Below, piece by piece: positions 1 to 9,085 of a DNA stretch of 64,000 bases. Location: positions 18,386 to 82,385 of the forward strand of contig JAGLFH010000030.1 in assembly GCA_023144635.1 (NCBI GenBank), written 5' to 3'. The DNA comes from Candidatus Auribacterota bacterium (GTDB taxonomy: Bacteria > Auribacterota > JAFGBW01 > JAFGJP01). Position 1 is the first letter of the stretch. Each line of letters opens with the position of its first letter. A program made the translations under genes and the position numbers. The notes under the pieces were generated by a model, which saw nothing but the letters and a program-made list of their open reading frames with translations, was not told where the DNA came from and did not search any database.

Positions 1-1
1 A

Positions 2-985
2 GGGCTCATTAAAACATTTAACAAAACAGCAGAAGATATCTTTCATTTGAACAAAGAAGAAGTAACGGGAAAGATAATTTCAGATAAAAATGAATTAAAT
101 GTGATTGTGCGGGCATGTGCGAAAGTTATGAAAAGTGATGATTCTTCAGGTAGAATTGAAATTGATTTTTATGATGAGTTGGAGGCACAGACAAAGACTC
201 TTGCTGTATGGACTTCTTTTTTAAAGGGACATGACCAGAACATAAAGGGAATAATTGCTTTTTTTGATGATATTACTGAAGTAATAAAACTTAACCAGCT
301 TCTTCAACGTTCGGAACGTTTAGCTGCATTAGGTGAAATGGCTGCAGGCGTAGCTCATGAGATACGCAACCCGTTAAATTCTATAAGAGGGTTTGCCCAA
401 CTTTTCAGCGAAGGTATGGTCACACAGGATAAAACAAAGGACTCTGCGGATATAATAATCCGTGAAGTTGATCGTTTGAACGGTCTGGTGGTAGATCTTC
501 TTGATTTTGGTAGAGAACAGAAAATAGCAAAAAAAGAGGTCGATATCGTAGCGTTTATAAATGATACTATAACTTATGTCAAGCAGGGTCGAAAAGATGA
601 TGAAATAAAATGGGAGTCTGATTTTTCGTCTTCAGCTGTAAAGGTAAGTATTGATACTGATAAGATAAAGCAAGTGCTTATAAATCTATATCATAATGCT
701 CTTGATGCATTGAAAGACAAAAAAGACGGAGTTATAAAAAGTTCGATAGTTTTATCCTCAGATAAACCAGATATGCTCCTGCTTAAAATTGAAGATAACG
801 GATCAGGTATTCCAGAGAATGTAAAAAAGAAAATCTTCAATCCATTTTATTCTACTAAATCACGCGGAAGCGGATTAGGGCTTTCCATATGCCAGCGCAT
901 TATTGAAGGGCATGGCGGAGAAATAGATCTTTCCAGCAAAGAAAATGTTGGGACAGTTTTTAGTATAAGCCTACCGATATCATAA
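2..985 (+). CDS. PAS-domain sensor histidine kinase (NtrB/AtoS-like), 5'-truncated by window edge
   Basis: Frame is open from position 2; H-box AHEIRNPL, N-box QVLINLYHNALDA, G1 DNGSGI, F-box FNPFYSTK, G2 GSGLGL. Confidence 0.9.
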   Translation, partial: GLIKTFNKTAEDIFHLNKEEVTGKIISDKNELNVIVRACAKVMKSDDSSGRIEIDFYDELEAQTKTLAVWTSFLKGHDQNIKGIIAFFDDITEVIKLNQLLQRSERLAALGEMAAGVAHEIRNPLNSIRGFAQLFSEGMVTQDKTKDSADIIIREVDRLNGLVVDLLDFGREQKIAKKEVDIVAFINDTITYVKQGRKDDEIKWESDFSSSAVKVSIDTDKIKQVLINLYHNALDALKDKKDGVIKSSIVLSSDKPDMLLLKIEDNGSGIPENVKKKIFNPFYSTKSRGSGLGLSICQRIIEGHGGEIDLSSKENVGTVFSISLPIS

Positions 986-1010
986 TTTAAGTGCTTAATC
1001 TATATTTCAC

Positions 1011-1039
1011 TTGAAAAAAAAAGACAATAATGCTATTTT
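1011..1039 (+). promoter_or_regulatory. Putative sigma70 promoter for the tRNA
   Basis: TTGAAA-17 nt-TATTTT with a TG extended -10 motif, about 50 nt upstream of the tRNA. Confidence 0.4.
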
Positions 1040-1091
1040 TCCAATTGCTGTTTTGATATTTGAAAGACCATTACTAGATATTATTATATAA

Positions 1092-1168
1092 GTGCCCATA
1101 GCTCAATTGGATAGAGTATTTGGCTACGGACCAAAAGGTTGGGGGTTCGACTCCTCCTGGGCACGCCA
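1092..1168 (+). tRNA. tRNA-Arg(ACG)
   Basis: GTGCCCA/TGGGCAC acceptor stem, D-arm AGCTCAATTGGATAGAGT, anticodon arm TTTGG-CTACGGA-CCAAA, T-loop GGTTCGACTCC, encoded CCA. Confidence 0.97.
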
Positions 1169-1174
1169 TAATTA

Positions 1175-1207
1175 AGAGGGCAGAAGATTTTTCTGGCCTC
1201 TTTTTTT
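1175..1207 (+). terminator. Rho-independent terminator after the tRNA
   Basis: AGAGGGCAGAA...TTCTGGCCTCT hairpin followed by a T-run. Confidence 0.75.
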
Positions 1208-1266
1208 GTTGTACAAAAACTTTAATAAAGAGATAATTTGAAAAACTTTTACATAATCGAAAAATC

Positions 1267-1722
1267 ATGTTTACACACGAATATTGGATGAAAAAAGCAT
1301 ATTTGGAGTCTTTGAAGGCATATCAAAATGGCGAAGTGCCGGTAGGCGCTGTTATTGTAAAAGGTAATTCTATTTTAGGAAAATCCGGAAACCAGGTTGA
1401 AAAGCTAAAAGACCCGACAGCGCATGCAGAGGTTCTTTGTATAACTCAGGCTTGTGAGCAATTAAGTGATTGGAGGCTTGAGGGTTGCTCATTATACGTT
1501 ACAAAAGAGCCCTGTATCATGTGTGCCGGAGCAATACGAAATGCGAGAATAAAAAAGGTGTTTTTTGGATTAAGGGATGCAAAAGAGGGTGCATGTGGCT
1601 CGCGTTTTGATCTTTTAAGAGATGAAAAAACCGGTTTTTTTGCGGATATCAGGGCAGGTATTATGGAACAGGATGTTAAAGAGCTGTTTGATGAGTTTTT
1701 TAAAAAAGTAAGAAAACAGTAG
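1267..1722 (+). CDS. tadA: tRNA adenosine(34) deaminase TadA
   Basis: GEVPVGAVIV, DPTAHAE and EPCIMCAGA zinc-deaminase motifs; C-terminal FF..R. Confidence 0.93.
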   Translation: MFTHEYWMKKAYLESLKAYQNGEVPVGAVIVKGNSILGKSGNQVEKLKDPTAHAEVLCITQACEQLSDWRLEGCSLYVTKEPCIMCAGAIRNARIKKVFFGLRDAKEGACGSRFDLLRDEKTGFFADIRAGIMEQDVKELFDEFFKKVRKQ

Positions 1723-1868
1723 GCGTGTATGTCGCAATATGTCCTTCAAAAGTCTTACTGAGGTTACCGCATGGGGATTACGATTTTTTGCAATGACGAC
1801 ATTTTACTTTTATATCATGCAAATCTGCATTCAATTTCTACAATCATTGCGCGTTAGCGCACCTTTAA

Positions 1869-1950
1869 TTTTAGGCATTTTCAACTTTAGGGCACTTTAG
1901 ACACTTCCATTACAGGCTAACCGTCTTAACAGGTTAAACGGGCTAACAAC
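1869..1950. repeat. Two adjacent short-period degenerate repeat tracts
   Basis: TTTAGGCATTT / TTTAGGGCACTT / TTTAGACACTT, then ACAGGCTAAC / ACAGGTTAAAC / ACGGGCTAAC. Confidence 0.55.
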
Positions 1951-1957
1951 TTTTCCT

Positions 1958-2031
1958 TTGACTATGTTAAATGTTTATATATAATTAAATACTTTATTTT
2001 GCTTGACTTTATATGTATTTTCGATTATTTT
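1958..2031 (+). promoter_or_regulatory. Tandem sigma70-like promoters for the rpmH operon
   Basis: TTGACT-16 nt-TATAAT (1958-1985) and TTGACT-17 nt-TATTTT (2003-2031). Confidence 0.5.
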
Positions 2032-2079
2032 AACAGCTTTTATTTATAAGTAATTTATTAACTAGCAGGAGTTGTACTG

Positions 2080-2226
2080 ATGAAAAGAACATACCAGCCG
2101 AAAAACCGTAAACGTGCTAAGACCCACGGATTTAGGGAAAGAATGAGCACTACAGGTGGAAGGAATATCCTTAAACGCCGTAGAAAAAAGGGTAGGAAAA
2201 AACTTACTGTTTCAGATGAAGCTTAA
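2080..2226 (+). CDS. rpmH: 50S ribosomal protein L34 (missing from the ORF track)
   Basis: Manual translation [56 protein letters not shown]; canonical position before rnpA. Confidence 0.97.
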   Translation: MKRTYQPKNRKRAKTHGFRERMSTTGGRNILKRRRKKGRKKLTVSDEA

Positions 2227-2551
2227 TCCTTTTACTAAGAAATACCGGATATACAGGCAAAAAGAATTTGAATTAGTTTTTAAAAACGGAAAAGTGTTTA
2301 GAACAAATATTTTTAAAGCATATTTGTCTTCAAATGGAATGGAATTTTCACGTTTAGCTGTTGTTGTTTCAAGAAAAGTTGGAAATGCTGTATTGAGAAA
2401 TAAGGTGAAAAGGATCTGCAGAGAGTGGTTTCGCAAAAAAAACTTAAGCTTTTCTGTTAATTCCGATCTTATAATTCTCTTTAGAAATAAAATAGATGAT
2501 TTTTCAGGAAAGATGCTAAGTGTTAAACTCGAAGAGATAATAATTTTCTAG
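2216..2551 (+). CDS. rnpA: Ribonuclease P protein component
   Basis: RNR-type motif [19 protein letters not shown] at 2216 overlaps the end of rpmH; synteny. Confidence 0.92.
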   Translation: MKLNPFTKKYRIYRQKEFELVFKNGKVFRTNIFKAYLSSNGMEFSRLAVVVSRKVGNAVLRNKVKRICREWFRKKNLSFSVNSDLIILFRNKIDDFSGKMLSVKLEEIIIF

Positions 2552-2558
2552 AACTTAA

Positions 2559-2771
2559 ATGATTAAAAAAACAATTTTATTTTTTATTCGTCTTTATCAG
2601 AAAATATTGTCACCGATCGTTGGAAGATGCTGCAGGTTTGAACCATCGTGTTCACACTATATGATACATGCAATAGAAAAGAAGGGATTAATTAAAGGGA
2701 TTGCTAAGGGCAGTTGGAGAATACTAAGATGTAATCCTTTTTCAAAAGGCGGATTTGACCCTGTGGAGTAG
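2559..2771 (+). CDS. yidD: Membrane protein insertion efficiency factor YidD
   Basis: [10 protein letters not shown] and [16 protein letters not shown] motifs; synteny. Confidence 0.95.
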   Translation: MIKKTILFFIRLYQKILSPIVGRCCRFEPSCSHYMIHAIEKKGLIKGIAKGSWRILRCNPFSKGGFDPVE

Positions 2772-2779
2772 GACACAAT

Positions 2780-4438
2780 ATGGATAAAAAGACATTAACA
2801 GCTTTTGTATTGATTTTTTTGATAGCAATAATTTACCCGCGCGTACTTCGTACGATGTTTCCTGATCTTGTTCCTCCTCCTGTTGAAGAACAAACAATTG
2901 ATGAGCCGGCGCTAACTACAGATAAGAAAATAGATGGTGTATATAGTGAAAAAGCGCCTTCTGCCAATAAAGAGAAGGAAGAGTCTGAAATTGTTAGTGA
3001 CAATAATGATGATTTAAGCCTTGTAGAATTTGATGAAAAGATCTTTTCTTTTGAATCAGAAGAGATGTTGTTTAATTTTTCTAACCGTGGCGGCAGTATT
3101 CAGGCTGTAGATTTTTTGAAATACCCTACCAGCTATAGTTTTACTTCATCTGAAGATTATATTTTGGGATTATCTTCTGTAGGTAGCTTATCAGGATTGG
3201 AAAATCTGGAATTTGTCGTGACAGAAAACAGTGAGAGACGTATTGTTCTGGAATCTGTTTTAAAAGACGATGAACTCAAAATAGAAAAAATACTTGAGAG
3301 AACAGATAAAGAGCATTTTTATACTTTCCGATTACGAATTACAAATAATTCACAGAATAAATATTATATGAAAGATGGGCCGGTGATAAATGCCGGAAGT
3401 GTCATTTTTGACGAAAAGGATAAAAGACGTAAGCGCTATGCTGCCCAGGAAGCTACTGCTTTTATGATAAGTGAAGAAGTCCAGAGAATTAAAAAAAATG
3501 ATATCGAAGGATCGATCTGGAAAGATAATAAATATATATGGGTCGGAATTCAGGACCCTACGGTTTGCTTTATCTTCATGGAAAAGGAAAAGATACTTGC
3601 TGGCTGGAATATTTCGAAAAAGATAGAGCTTTTTACAAAAGATGATGATGCAGATAACATTGAAATAATTACTTCTTCTGCAAAACTTAGAAGTATTGAT
3701 ATTGCTCCAATGGATACAGTGGAATATGAAGTAGCATTCTATGCAGGACCCAAATTATATTACCATCTTGCTTCTATTGGTGAAGATTTTAATAAGATAA
3801 TTGATTTTGGAAAAATGCTTGCTCCAATTAGCCGTACAATAATATGGGGTCTTAACAAGCTTTATAGTTTTTTCCATAATTACGGTATTTGTATAATCAT
3901 ACTTACTATTATGATTAAAATAATGCTTTATCCGCTTACTCATTCCAGTATGAAGTCGATGAAGCGCATGAAAGATCTTCAGCCTCATATGGATGAGATC
4001 CGTGAGCAATATAAGAGCGATCCTCAAAAAATGAACAGAGAGGTAATGGCGCTTTATAAAAAGCATAAAGTAAATCCTCTTGGCGGATGTTTACCTATGT
4101 TTTTACAGCTTCCTATCTTTTTTGCGCTTTTTAAGACACTTAATAATGCAGTTGAGCTTAATGGTGCTTCTTTTCTCTGGATAAAAGACCTATCAGCTCC
4201 TGATGCTGTGCCTATAGGGCCTTATTTTGTAAATATATTACCGCTTATAATGGGTGTTACCCAGTTTATTAGTCAGAAACAGACAATTACAGATAAGCGT
4301 CAGGCACAGATGATGATGTTTATGCCTATATTGTTTACTTTTATTTTTTATAATATGCCTTCAGGGCTTGTTTTATACTGGCTCATAAGCAATGTTCTTT
4401 CAATTATTCAGCAATCGATGATAAACAAAAAAGGATAA
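2780..4438 (+). CDS. yidC: Membrane protein insertase YidC
   Basis: N-terminal TM, large periplasmic domain, [38 protein letters not shown]. Confidence 0.96.
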   Translation: MDKKTLTAFVLIFLIAIIYPRVLRTMFPDLVPPPVEEQTIDEPALTTDKKIDGVYSEKAPSANKEKEESEIVSDNNDDLSLVEFDEKIFSFESEEMLFNFSNRGGSIQAVDFLKYPTSYSFTSSEDYILGLSSVGSLSGLENLEFVVTENSERRIVLESVLKDDELKIEKILERTDKEHFYTFRLRITNNSQNKYYMKDGPVINAGSVIFDEKDKRRKRYAAQEATAFMISEEVQRIKKNDIEGSIWKDNKYIWVGIQDPTVCFIFMEKEKILAGWNISKKIELFTKDDDADNIEIITSSAKLRSIDIAPMDTVEYEVAFYAGPKLYYHLASIGEDFNKIIDFGKMLAPISRTIIWGLNKLYSFFHNYGICIIILTIMIKIMLYPLTHSSMKSMKRMKDLQPHMDEIREQYKSDPQKMNREVMALYKKHKVNPLGGCLPMFLQLPIFFALFKTLNNAVELNGASFLWIKDLSAPDAVPIGPYFVNILPLIMGVTQFISQKQTITDKRQAQMMMFMPILFTFIFYNMPSGLVLYWLISNVLSIIQQSMINKKG

Positions 4439-4464
4439 ATCAAAACTATCCAAAGGAGGTTTGT

Positions 4465-5823
4465 ATGGCTGAACAAACAAAGTATATTCTTCCGGAATCA
4501 GAAATGCCTACATCATGGGTAAATATTTTACCTTTGCTAAAAAATCTGGATCCTCCTCTTCATCCTGGAACAGGAAAACCGGCAAGCCCGGAAGATTTTG
4601 CTCCTATTTTTCCAAATAGTCTTATTATGCAGGAAGCATCTCCTGAGAAAACCATTGAAATACCTGAAGAACTTTTAAAAATATTACGTATGTGGAGGCC
4701 TACACCTTTAATAAGAGCACGCAGACTTGAAGAAGTTCTTGGAACACCTGCGAAGATATATTACAAATATGAAGGTGCGAGCCCTGCAGGAAGCCATAAA
4801 CTTAATTCAGCAATAGCACAAGCCTATTATAACAAACAAGAAGGCGTTAAAAGGCTTACAACTGAAACAGGTGCCGGACAGTGGGGCAGTGCTATAGCTA
4901 TGGCTGCAAATTTTTTCGGCCTTGATTGTACTGTTTATATGGTAAAAGTCAGCTTTACCCAGAAACCTTATAGAAAAAGTGTTATGCGTATTTTTGGGGC
5001 AGAGGTTTTTGCCAGCCCAAGCAATAAGACAGAATCTGGAAAAAAGATTCTTGAACTTGATCCTGAAACTCCGGGAAGCCTTGGTATTGCAATTAGTGAA
5101 GCTGTTGAAGATGCTGTTAAGCATGATGATGCAAAATATACGCTTGGAAGTGTTTTAAACCATGTGATTCTTCATCAGACCATAATTGGACAGGAAGTAA
5201 AAAAACAGTTTGAACTACTTGGTGAAAAACCGGATATTCTTATAGGATGTTGCGGGGGCGGCAGTAACTTTACAGGATTTATAGTACCTTTTGTAGAGCA
5301 GATTATGAATGGTGAAAAAATTGAGCTGATAGCAACAGAACCTCATTCTTGTCCTACTCTCACAAAAGGTGTTTTTGAGTATGATTTTGGTGATACTGCA
5401 CAGCTTACTCCGCTTATAAAGATGTATACCCTCGGACATGATTTTATTCCGCCTGCGATACATTCAGGAGGTCTTCGCTATCATGGTGATGCACCTATCC
5501 TTAGCAGATTAAAAAAAGACGGTATAGTTAAAGCAAGGGCTTATAATCAGCTTGAGGTTTTTGATGCTGCTATGACTTTTGCAAAGGCTGAGGGGATCAT
5601 TCCTGCTCCGGAAAGTGCTCATGCAATTAAAGGTACTATTGATGAAGCAATAAAAGCAAAAGAAGAAGGAAAAGAAAAAGTGATCGCATTTAATCTAAGC
5701 GGACATGGATTTTTAGACCTTACTGCATATGAAGCTTACATGGACGGTAACCTTAAAGATTATGAGTATCCAAAAGAGCTTGTTGAAAAATCTTTGGAAA
5801 AATTACCGAAAGTTGGAGATTGA
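4465..5823 (+). CDS. trpB2: TrpB2-type tryptophan synthase beta-like PLP enzyme
   Basis: [11 protein letters not shown] (PLP lysine), [31 protein letters not shown]; 452 aa, as expected for TrpB2. Confidence 0.92.
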   Translation: MAEQTKYILPESEMPTSWVNILPLLKNLDPPLHPGTGKPASPEDFAPIFPNSLIMQEASPEKTIEIPEELLKILRMWRPTPLIRARRLEEVLGTPAKIYYKYEGASPAGSHKLNSAIAQAYYNKQEGVKRLTTETGAGQWGSAIAMAANFFGLDCTVYMVKVSFTQKPYRKSVMRIFGAEVFASPSNKTESGKKILELDPETPGSLGIAISEAVEDAVKHDDAKYTLGSVLNHVILHQTIIGQEVKKQFELLGEKPDILIGCCGGGSNFTGFIVPFVEQIMNGEKIELIATEPHSCPTLTKGVFEYDFGDTAQLTPLIKMYTLGHDFIPPAIHSGGLRYHGDAPILSRLKKDGIVKARAYNQLEVFDAAMTFAKAEGIIPAPESAHAIKGTIDEAIKAKEEGKEKVIAFNLSGHGFLDLTAYEAYMDGNLKDYEYPKELVEKSLEKLPKVGD

Positions 5824-7397
5824 TGGCAAAACAATTGTTCTCAGGTAATGAAGCTATTGCTTTTGGGGCTTACGAGGCAGGCGTGCATGTTGCCACTGGT
5901 TATCCGGGTACTCCGAGCTCAGAGATCATGCCGGCTCTTATTCCATACCCTGAGGTAAATATTGAGTGGTCTGTTAATGAAAAAGTAGCTCTTGAAGTTG
6001 CTATTGGATCTTCATATTCCGGCGCGAGATCACTTGTTACAATGAAGCATGTTGGTGTTAATGTTGCGGCTGATCCTTTAATGACTCTTTCATATACTGG
6101 TGTAAAAGGCGGTCTTGTTATTATCAGTGCTGATGATCCTAATTGCAACAGTAGTCAGAATGAGCAGGATAATCGTCATTTCGCCCGCTTTGCCAAGATA
6201 CCTATTTTAGAACCATCGAACAGTCAGGAAGCATTTGATTTTACAAAAGAAGCTTTTTCATTAAGTGAAAAATATAAAACACCTGTAATGCTTCGAGTAA
6301 CAACACGAGTATGTCATACGAAAACCCCTGTTTCTTCAGAAGGTAAAAGACAAGAAATAAAAATAGAGGGTTTTACCAAAGATCCATCCTGTTATGTAAT
6401 GATACCTGCTCATGCACGAAAAAAGCATGTTGTTATAGAAAAAAGGCTTTTAGATTTGCAGAAAGAAAGTGATGCTTCTTCTTTAAATTATGTCGAAAAA
6501 GGTGAGAGGTCTGTGGGTATCATAACATCAGGCCTTTCTTACCAATATGTCAAAGAAGCTGCAGACGGAGAATGGATATTCAAGCTCGGAATGAGTTATC
6601 CTCTTCCGATAAATAAGATTCGTGAGTTTACTAAAAACCTTGAAAAAGTATATGTTGTTGAAGAACTTGACCCATTTTTAGAAAAAGAACTTATTTATAA
6701 TGGGATCAAGGTTGAAAAGAGAGATAAAAAATTCTATCTTGGTGAGCTTAATACAGAAAGGGTAATGGAAATACTTGGAAAAAAAGATGCTGTTTTAGAG
6801 GGAGATAAACCTGAAAAAATAAAAGATATTCCTCTGCGTCTTCCTGTTTTATGTCCCGGCTGTGCTCACCGAAGCGTTTTTCAGGTTTTAAGAGATATGA
6901 ATTATATTGTTACCGGAGATATCGGTTGTTACACTTTAGGTACTCTGCCTCCGCTCTCTGCGCTTGATACATGTGTATGTATGGGAGCAGGAATCGGAAA
7001 TGCACAGGGAATATACAAAACAAAAAAAGATGAAAGGCTCGTTGCAGTAATAGGCGACTCTACTTTTGTGCATTCAGGTATTACTTCTCTTATTAATGCA
7101 GTCTACAACAAAAACAAGATAACAGTTATTATCCTTGATAACCGTACAACTGCCATGACAGGTGGTCAGCCTCATCCAGGTATCGACCAAACTGTAAGAG
7201 GTGAGAAAACAAAAGCTCTTGATTTTGAGGAGCTGGGGCGTGCTTTGAAAGTGGATTATGTGAAGACAGTTGATGCTTATCAAAAAGCAGAACTTCAAGA
7301 AAGTCTTGAAATAGCTGAAAAAACAGACGGTGTTTCTTTAATAATAGCAAAACGGGATTGTGTGCTTTTAAAGAAAAGAGAAACCTCAAAAGAATAA
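5823..7397 (+). CDS. iorA: Indolepyruvate:ferredoxin oxidoreductase alpha subunit (no C-terminal ferredoxin domain)
   Basis: GYPGTPSSE, NEKVALE, MKHVGVNVAADP, LCPGCAHR, GDIGCYTL, GDSTFVHSG TPP motif, NRTTAMTGGQ. Confidence 0.92.
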   Translation: MAKQLFSGNEAIAFGAYEAGVHVATGYPGTPSSEIMPALIPYPEVNIEWSVNEKVALEVAIGSSYSGARSLVTMKHVGVNVAADPLMTLSYTGVKGGLVIISADDPNCNSSQNEQDNRHFARFAKIPILEPSNSQEAFDFTKEAFSLSEKYKTPVMLRVTTRVCHTKTPVSSEGKRQEIKIEGFTKDPSCYVMIPAHARKKHVVIEKRLLDLQKESDASSLNYVEKGERSVGIITSGLSYQYVKEAADGEWIFKLGMSYPLPINKIREFTKNLEKVYVVEELDPFLEKELIYNGIKVEKRDKKFYLGELNTERVMEILGKKDAVLEGDKPEKIKDIPLRLPVLCPGCAHRSVFQVLRDMNYIVTGDIGCYTLGTLPPLSALDTCVCMGAGIGNAQGIYKTKKDERLVAVIGDSTFVHSGITSLINAVYNKNKITVIILDNRTTAMTGGQPHPGIDQTVRGEKTKALDFEELGRALKVDYVKTVDAYQKAELQESLEIAEKTDGVSLIIAKRDCVLLKKRETSKE

Positions 7398-7432
7398 AAG
7401 TTGGGCATATATTTAAGGAATTGAAAAAGTAG

Positions 7433-8017
7433 ATGACTAAAAATGAAAATACAGATATTGTGATTTGCGGAGTTGGCGGACAGGGTGTAATTCTTGCTTC
7501 TAAAGTTTTAGCAACTGCCGCGCTTTTACAGGGTTTTGATGTTAAGGCTAGTGAAGTCCACGGTATGGCTCAGCGAGGAGGTTCTGTCTTAAGTCAGGTA
7601 AGAATAGGAAAAGAAATATTTTCTCCTACTATACCGCTTTGCAAAGCTAGTACTTGTCTTAGCTTTGAAGAATTGGAGGCTTTGCGTTATCTGCCGTACT
7701 TAAAAGAAAAAGCAATGATCGTTGTTAACAATAAAAGAATAGATCCTTTGCTTGTTGAGTTAAAACAGGCTAAATATCCTGAGAATGTAATTGATCTTCT
7801 TAAGGAAAAAGGTTTCAATGTCTCTTCTATTAATGGAGAAGAAACGCTAAAGGAAAAAGGTTTTCCTCTTAAAGCTCTTAATATTTTACTTCTTGGAGTT
7901 GCTTCTAAAACAATACCTATTGCTGAAGAGTTTTTTTTAACGGCTATAGAAAAATCAGTGCCATTGAAAACAGTTGAAATCAATAAAGAAGTCTTTATGC
8001 TTGGAAGGTCTTTTTGA
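7433..8017 (+). CDS. iorB: Indolepyruvate oxidoreductase beta subunit
   Basis: GVGGQGVILAS and EVHGMAQRGGSV motifs; follows iorA. Confidence 0.92.
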   Translation: MTKNENTDIVICGVGGQGVILASKVLATAALLQGFDVKASEVHGMAQRGGSVLSQVRIGKEIFSPTIPLCKASTCLSFEELEALRYLPYLKEKAMIVVNNKRIDPLLVELKQAKYPENVIDLLKEKGFNVSSINGEETLKEKGFPLKALNILLLGVASKTIPIAEEFFLTAIEKSVPLKTVEINKEVFMLGRSF

Positions 8018-8076
8018 AAAGGATCAACTATTTAGTCGTTTCTTCTATCTTTTAGCACTATCTATGATCTTTACTT

Positions 8077-8946
8077 TTACTGTTTTATTCCTGGCTTGGC
8101 TTGGCGTAAATATTCTTTAATACTTATGGCAACCGTTTCAGCCTGCTTGGCAGGACTCCAGAAGAAACTCCCGTTTGGAGACCAGCATTGAGCGGAATTA
8201 AAATTATCTATAAGACGCTGATATGCTTTTAGTGATTTTTTAAATTCTCTTTTAAACCTGTATGCTTCTCCCATGATGAAATAGCATGTTCCTACATCAT
8301 TTAATGCCCAGTAATCGAAAGATTTATTGGTTTTTGCATATTGTTTAAGCTGTGATTGCATTTTTTTAGCAGATTCTTTGTAAAGCTGGATACATTTTCT
8401 GCAATATACAAGAGATAAATCATATTCGCCTGTATTGAATGACTCCCATGCTTTTGCTGTTAATGTTTGAGAAGTATAATCGCCAAAACTTATATTTGTA
8501 TTCATAAGCATTATCTGATCATTAGCAGCTTCTGAGATATTCCAATACCACCCTTGAGGGTTCCAGCATTGCGAAAAACTGAAATTTTCAATTATCATAT
8601 TGAAACTATTTTTTGCCTCCTCTATTTTATCCTGCATAAAATATGCACGTCCTTTAATAAAATAACAGGTTGCAATATCATTAAGAGACCAATAGCTTTT
8701 TATGTTTTTTTCGTCAGGAAAATCATTAAGAGATGAATGCATATCAATGGCATTTCCTTCAAATTTTTCAATACAAAGATCTGCTTGTTTAATTGCCAGT
8801 TCGTAATTTCCGTTGCTCAGTGCTTTCCATGAGCTAATGGTAAGCGTATTTGAAATATCTTTGTCGGATGTTAAATCCTGTGCATATGTATTATCAATTA
8901 CGGTAATTGATAATATTATAAAAAGTGTACGGACTATTTTGATCAT
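8077..8946 (-). CDS. Exported protein with two tandem TPR-like domains
   Basis: Signal peptide; two ~125-aa copies sharing TLT..W, YW.LND..TCYFI.G.AY and SQCW.P.G..W-type motifs. Confidence 0.75.
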   Translation of the reverse strand: MIKIVRTLFIILSITVIDNTYAQDLTSDKDISNTLTISSWKALSNGNYELAIKQADLCIEKFEGNAIDMHSSLNDFPDEKNIKSYWSLNDIATCYFIKGRAYFMQDKIEEAKNSFNMIIENFSFSQCWNPQGWYWNISEAANDQIMLMNTNISFGDYTSQTLTAKAWESFNTGEYDLSLVYCRKCIQLYKESAKKMQSQLKQYAKTNKSFDYWALNDVGTCYFIMGEAYRFKREFKKSLKAYQRLIDNFNSAQCWSPNGSFFWSPAKQAETVAISIKEYLRQAKPGIKQ

Positions 8947-9085
8947 AATAGGTCCTTTTGAAAAATAATTAATCCCCTTAACTATATATAACTCTCATTA
9001 GTGAAAAATAAAAGAGAAAAATGTATATTATGATCCGGCAGGGTTCTGAAGTAGACGACTTTTAATTACTTTCTGACTATTAAGA

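Noticed and set aside
1723..2079. oriC upstream of rpmH
   Set aside because: No dnaA and no recognisable cluster of TTATCCACA-type DnaA boxes.
2156..2215. N-terminal extension of rnpA in the ORF track
   Set aside because: It overlaps rpmH in another frame; ATG 2216 is the more plausible start.
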